DNA of 64,000 nt from Monocercomonoides exilis PA203 (taxonomy: Eukaryota > Protista > Preaxostyla): assembly GCA_001643675.2 (NCBI GenBank), contig LSRY02000021.1, forward strand, positions 1,054,001 to 1,118,000, in the 5' to 3' direction. The first letter of the stretch is position 1, and every line of letters starts with the position of its first letter. The position numbers were made by a program, and so were the translations under genes. The notes beneath the pieces were generated by a model. The model was not told the origin of the DNA. It saw only the letters and a list, made by a program, of their open reading frames with translations, and searched no databases. Of the stretch, positions 62,694-64,000 are shown piece by piece.

Positions 62694-64000
62694 CTATTCC
62701 TGTTTCTCTGGCATCTGAAGTACCATCGGTTTGAGGTTGTACCCCTCAACCACAATGGCAAACCGATCGCCAAGCAGCAGCTTCTCGTCAAACTCGACAG
62801 AAACTGTCTTTGAGAAGCTCGGCATCAGGCCGAACCAGTTGTCCTCGAAATACACAGGAAGCACCCGCTCAAGCAGAGAGTTGCTCTCTGAGAAGCGGTG
62901 GATGCGCAAATGCACAAGAAGAAGAGGGTTTGGAGAGGTGTTGCGGAGTGTGATGTTGAAGCGAATGACAGAAGAAGATGAATTGCGCACAGGAGTGGCT
63001 GACCAGAAAGATAGGAGAGAGCGCGAAGGTTCTTTCTTCACTGTACTGGTGCTGACTTCAACAGTGCCATTTTCAATGGAAGTGAAATATCTCAAGCTTC
63101 TACTGTTAGAGCTTCCGCCTTCCCAATAGAAATTATCAGAAATAACAGTCTCGCCTCCGTTTCCGTCATTTTGCGTTACTTTCGTGGTGAGGAAAAAGTT
63201 TCTGTCAGACGGGAATTTCGGGGAAATGCCAGGGTTGGTGGTAACAAACGAAGATGAGACATCCACAACGGCGGATGTGTTGCTGTACTGCTTTCCATTA
63301 GGCAAATGCACCCACGCATATACTTTCACATCCTTCCACATTTTCCCCGCATTGTTAACAAGATATATCATCTTGCTGTGGAAGTTGTACATCAAGTTCA
63401 GCGGCTGGTTCGCCTTTTTGCAGCCAAAATAGCCTGCGTTCGTGTCAAAGAAGAAATCGTACGTCTGCCACACCATCGACGGCCAGCACGACTGGCTCAT
63501 CCACATCAGAAGCGCACTCGCCCCTTTCGAAGCATACCCTTCAAACATCGCCTTGTGGTTCTCGTAGTTCACAAACTGCGAACGCCACACAAACTCCTCA
63601 AACTCTGACGCTGGAACAAGCGCATTCCCTTGCTTGAACTTGCGGTCTTCACCGTAAAGTGTTGTTTCTCTGACGAATCGCGTTCCGTTCTGAGCAGAGC
63701 CCGAGGCAAAGTCGTGCAGGCCCCACATCAAGCCCCTCGGCCACAAGCCGTAGGACGGAATCATCTCGCGAATAGACTCAGCACTCGGCACATTCGGCAT
63801 CCCCATTTCAGAGTGAAACACACTCTGTCCATAGTTGTAGTAGTAATACGGGCCTTGCACTGTGTATGGGCCATTGCCCTGCAGCTCTACACCTTCCGAG
63901 GGATCAGCCGACGATCCCACGAAAAACCTGCTCCCGTCAAGATCAATCGTCGCCCTCTTCAGCGGATCATACAGCCCGCGAGGCGGCTGTCCTTCGTTTC
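62694..64000 (-). CDS. Glycoside hydrolase family 2 (beta-mannosidase / exo-beta-glucosaminidase-like), 3' portion; 5' end outside the window
   Basis: The frame stays open to the window edge: NEGQPP (acid/base Glu), GNGPY, FHSEMGMPNVP (nucleophile Glu), SQFVNYENHKAMFE, WMSQSCWPSMVWQTYD, then C-terminal Ig-like domains (VLPVYFEDNWFGLMP). Confidence 0.88.
   Translation of the reverse strand, partial: NEGQPPRGLYDPLKRATIDLDGSRFFVGSSADPSEGVELQGNGPYTVQGPYYYYNYGQSVFHSEMGMPNVPSAESIREMIPSYGLWPRGLMWGLHDFASGSAQNGTRFVRETTLYGEDRKFKQGNALVPASEFEEFVWRSQFVNYENHKAMFEGYASKGASALLMWMSQSCWPSMVWQTYDFFFDTNAGYFGCKKANQPLNLMYNFHSKMIYLVNNAGKMWKDVKVYAWVHLPNGKQYSNTSAVVDVSSSFVTTNPGISPKFPSDRNFFLTTKVTQNDGNGGETVISDNFYWEGGSSNSRSLRYFTSIENGTVEVSTSTVKKEPSRSLLSFWSATPVRNSSSSVIRFNITLRNTSPNPLLLVHLRIHRFSESNSLLERVLPVYFEDNWFGLMPSFSKTVSVEFDEKLLLGDRFAIVVEGYNLKPMVLQMPEKQE

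Noticed and set aside
1-64000. tRNA/rRNA genes, prokaryotic operons or defence systems
   Set aside because: None recognised by eye; the gene structure is spliceosomal and eukaryotic. A tRNAscan/Infernal run would be needed to exclude small RNAs.

Overview
This is eukaryotic DNA, not prokaryotic: AT-rich intergenic stretches, short GT-AG introns (about 48-136 nt), standard genetic code and huge Ser-rich ORFs. A recognisable lineage-expanded helical-repeat family (ICVPCLLKV...QKEVEM.LLALS, NL.RLAYQSAWQFL) points to an oxymonad, most likely Monocercomonoides; this assignment is an inference. Layout: (1) 0.6-4.65 kb, a degraded purine-rich coding remnant; (2) 5.3-14.3 kb, a DNA-transposon graveyard with two dead Merlin/IS1595 transposases, an intron-containing pogo-like transposase and several nested MITE families; (3) a Kelch + Cys-rich + 3-TM surface protein and a GT32 glycosyltransferase; (4) a ~3870-aa TmcB/TmcC-like multipass protein ending in a hemerythrin-like domain; (5) a 5-exon ER-type FKBP ending KDDL, head-to-head (89 bp between start codons) with a ~4260-aa IP3R/RyR-family channel whose pore filter is non-canonical; (6) nested MITEs, a frameshifted lineage-specific family gene, a Ser-rich gene, cwf21/SRRM2, and the 3' part of a bacterial-like GH2. 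The best candidates for new biology are the Tmc-hemerythrin putative O2/redox/iron sensor, the FKBP/IP3R divergent pair, and the Kelch receptor fused to a 2-TM ERV46- or DEG/ENaC-like module. All family calls come from motifs read by eye; no searches were run.
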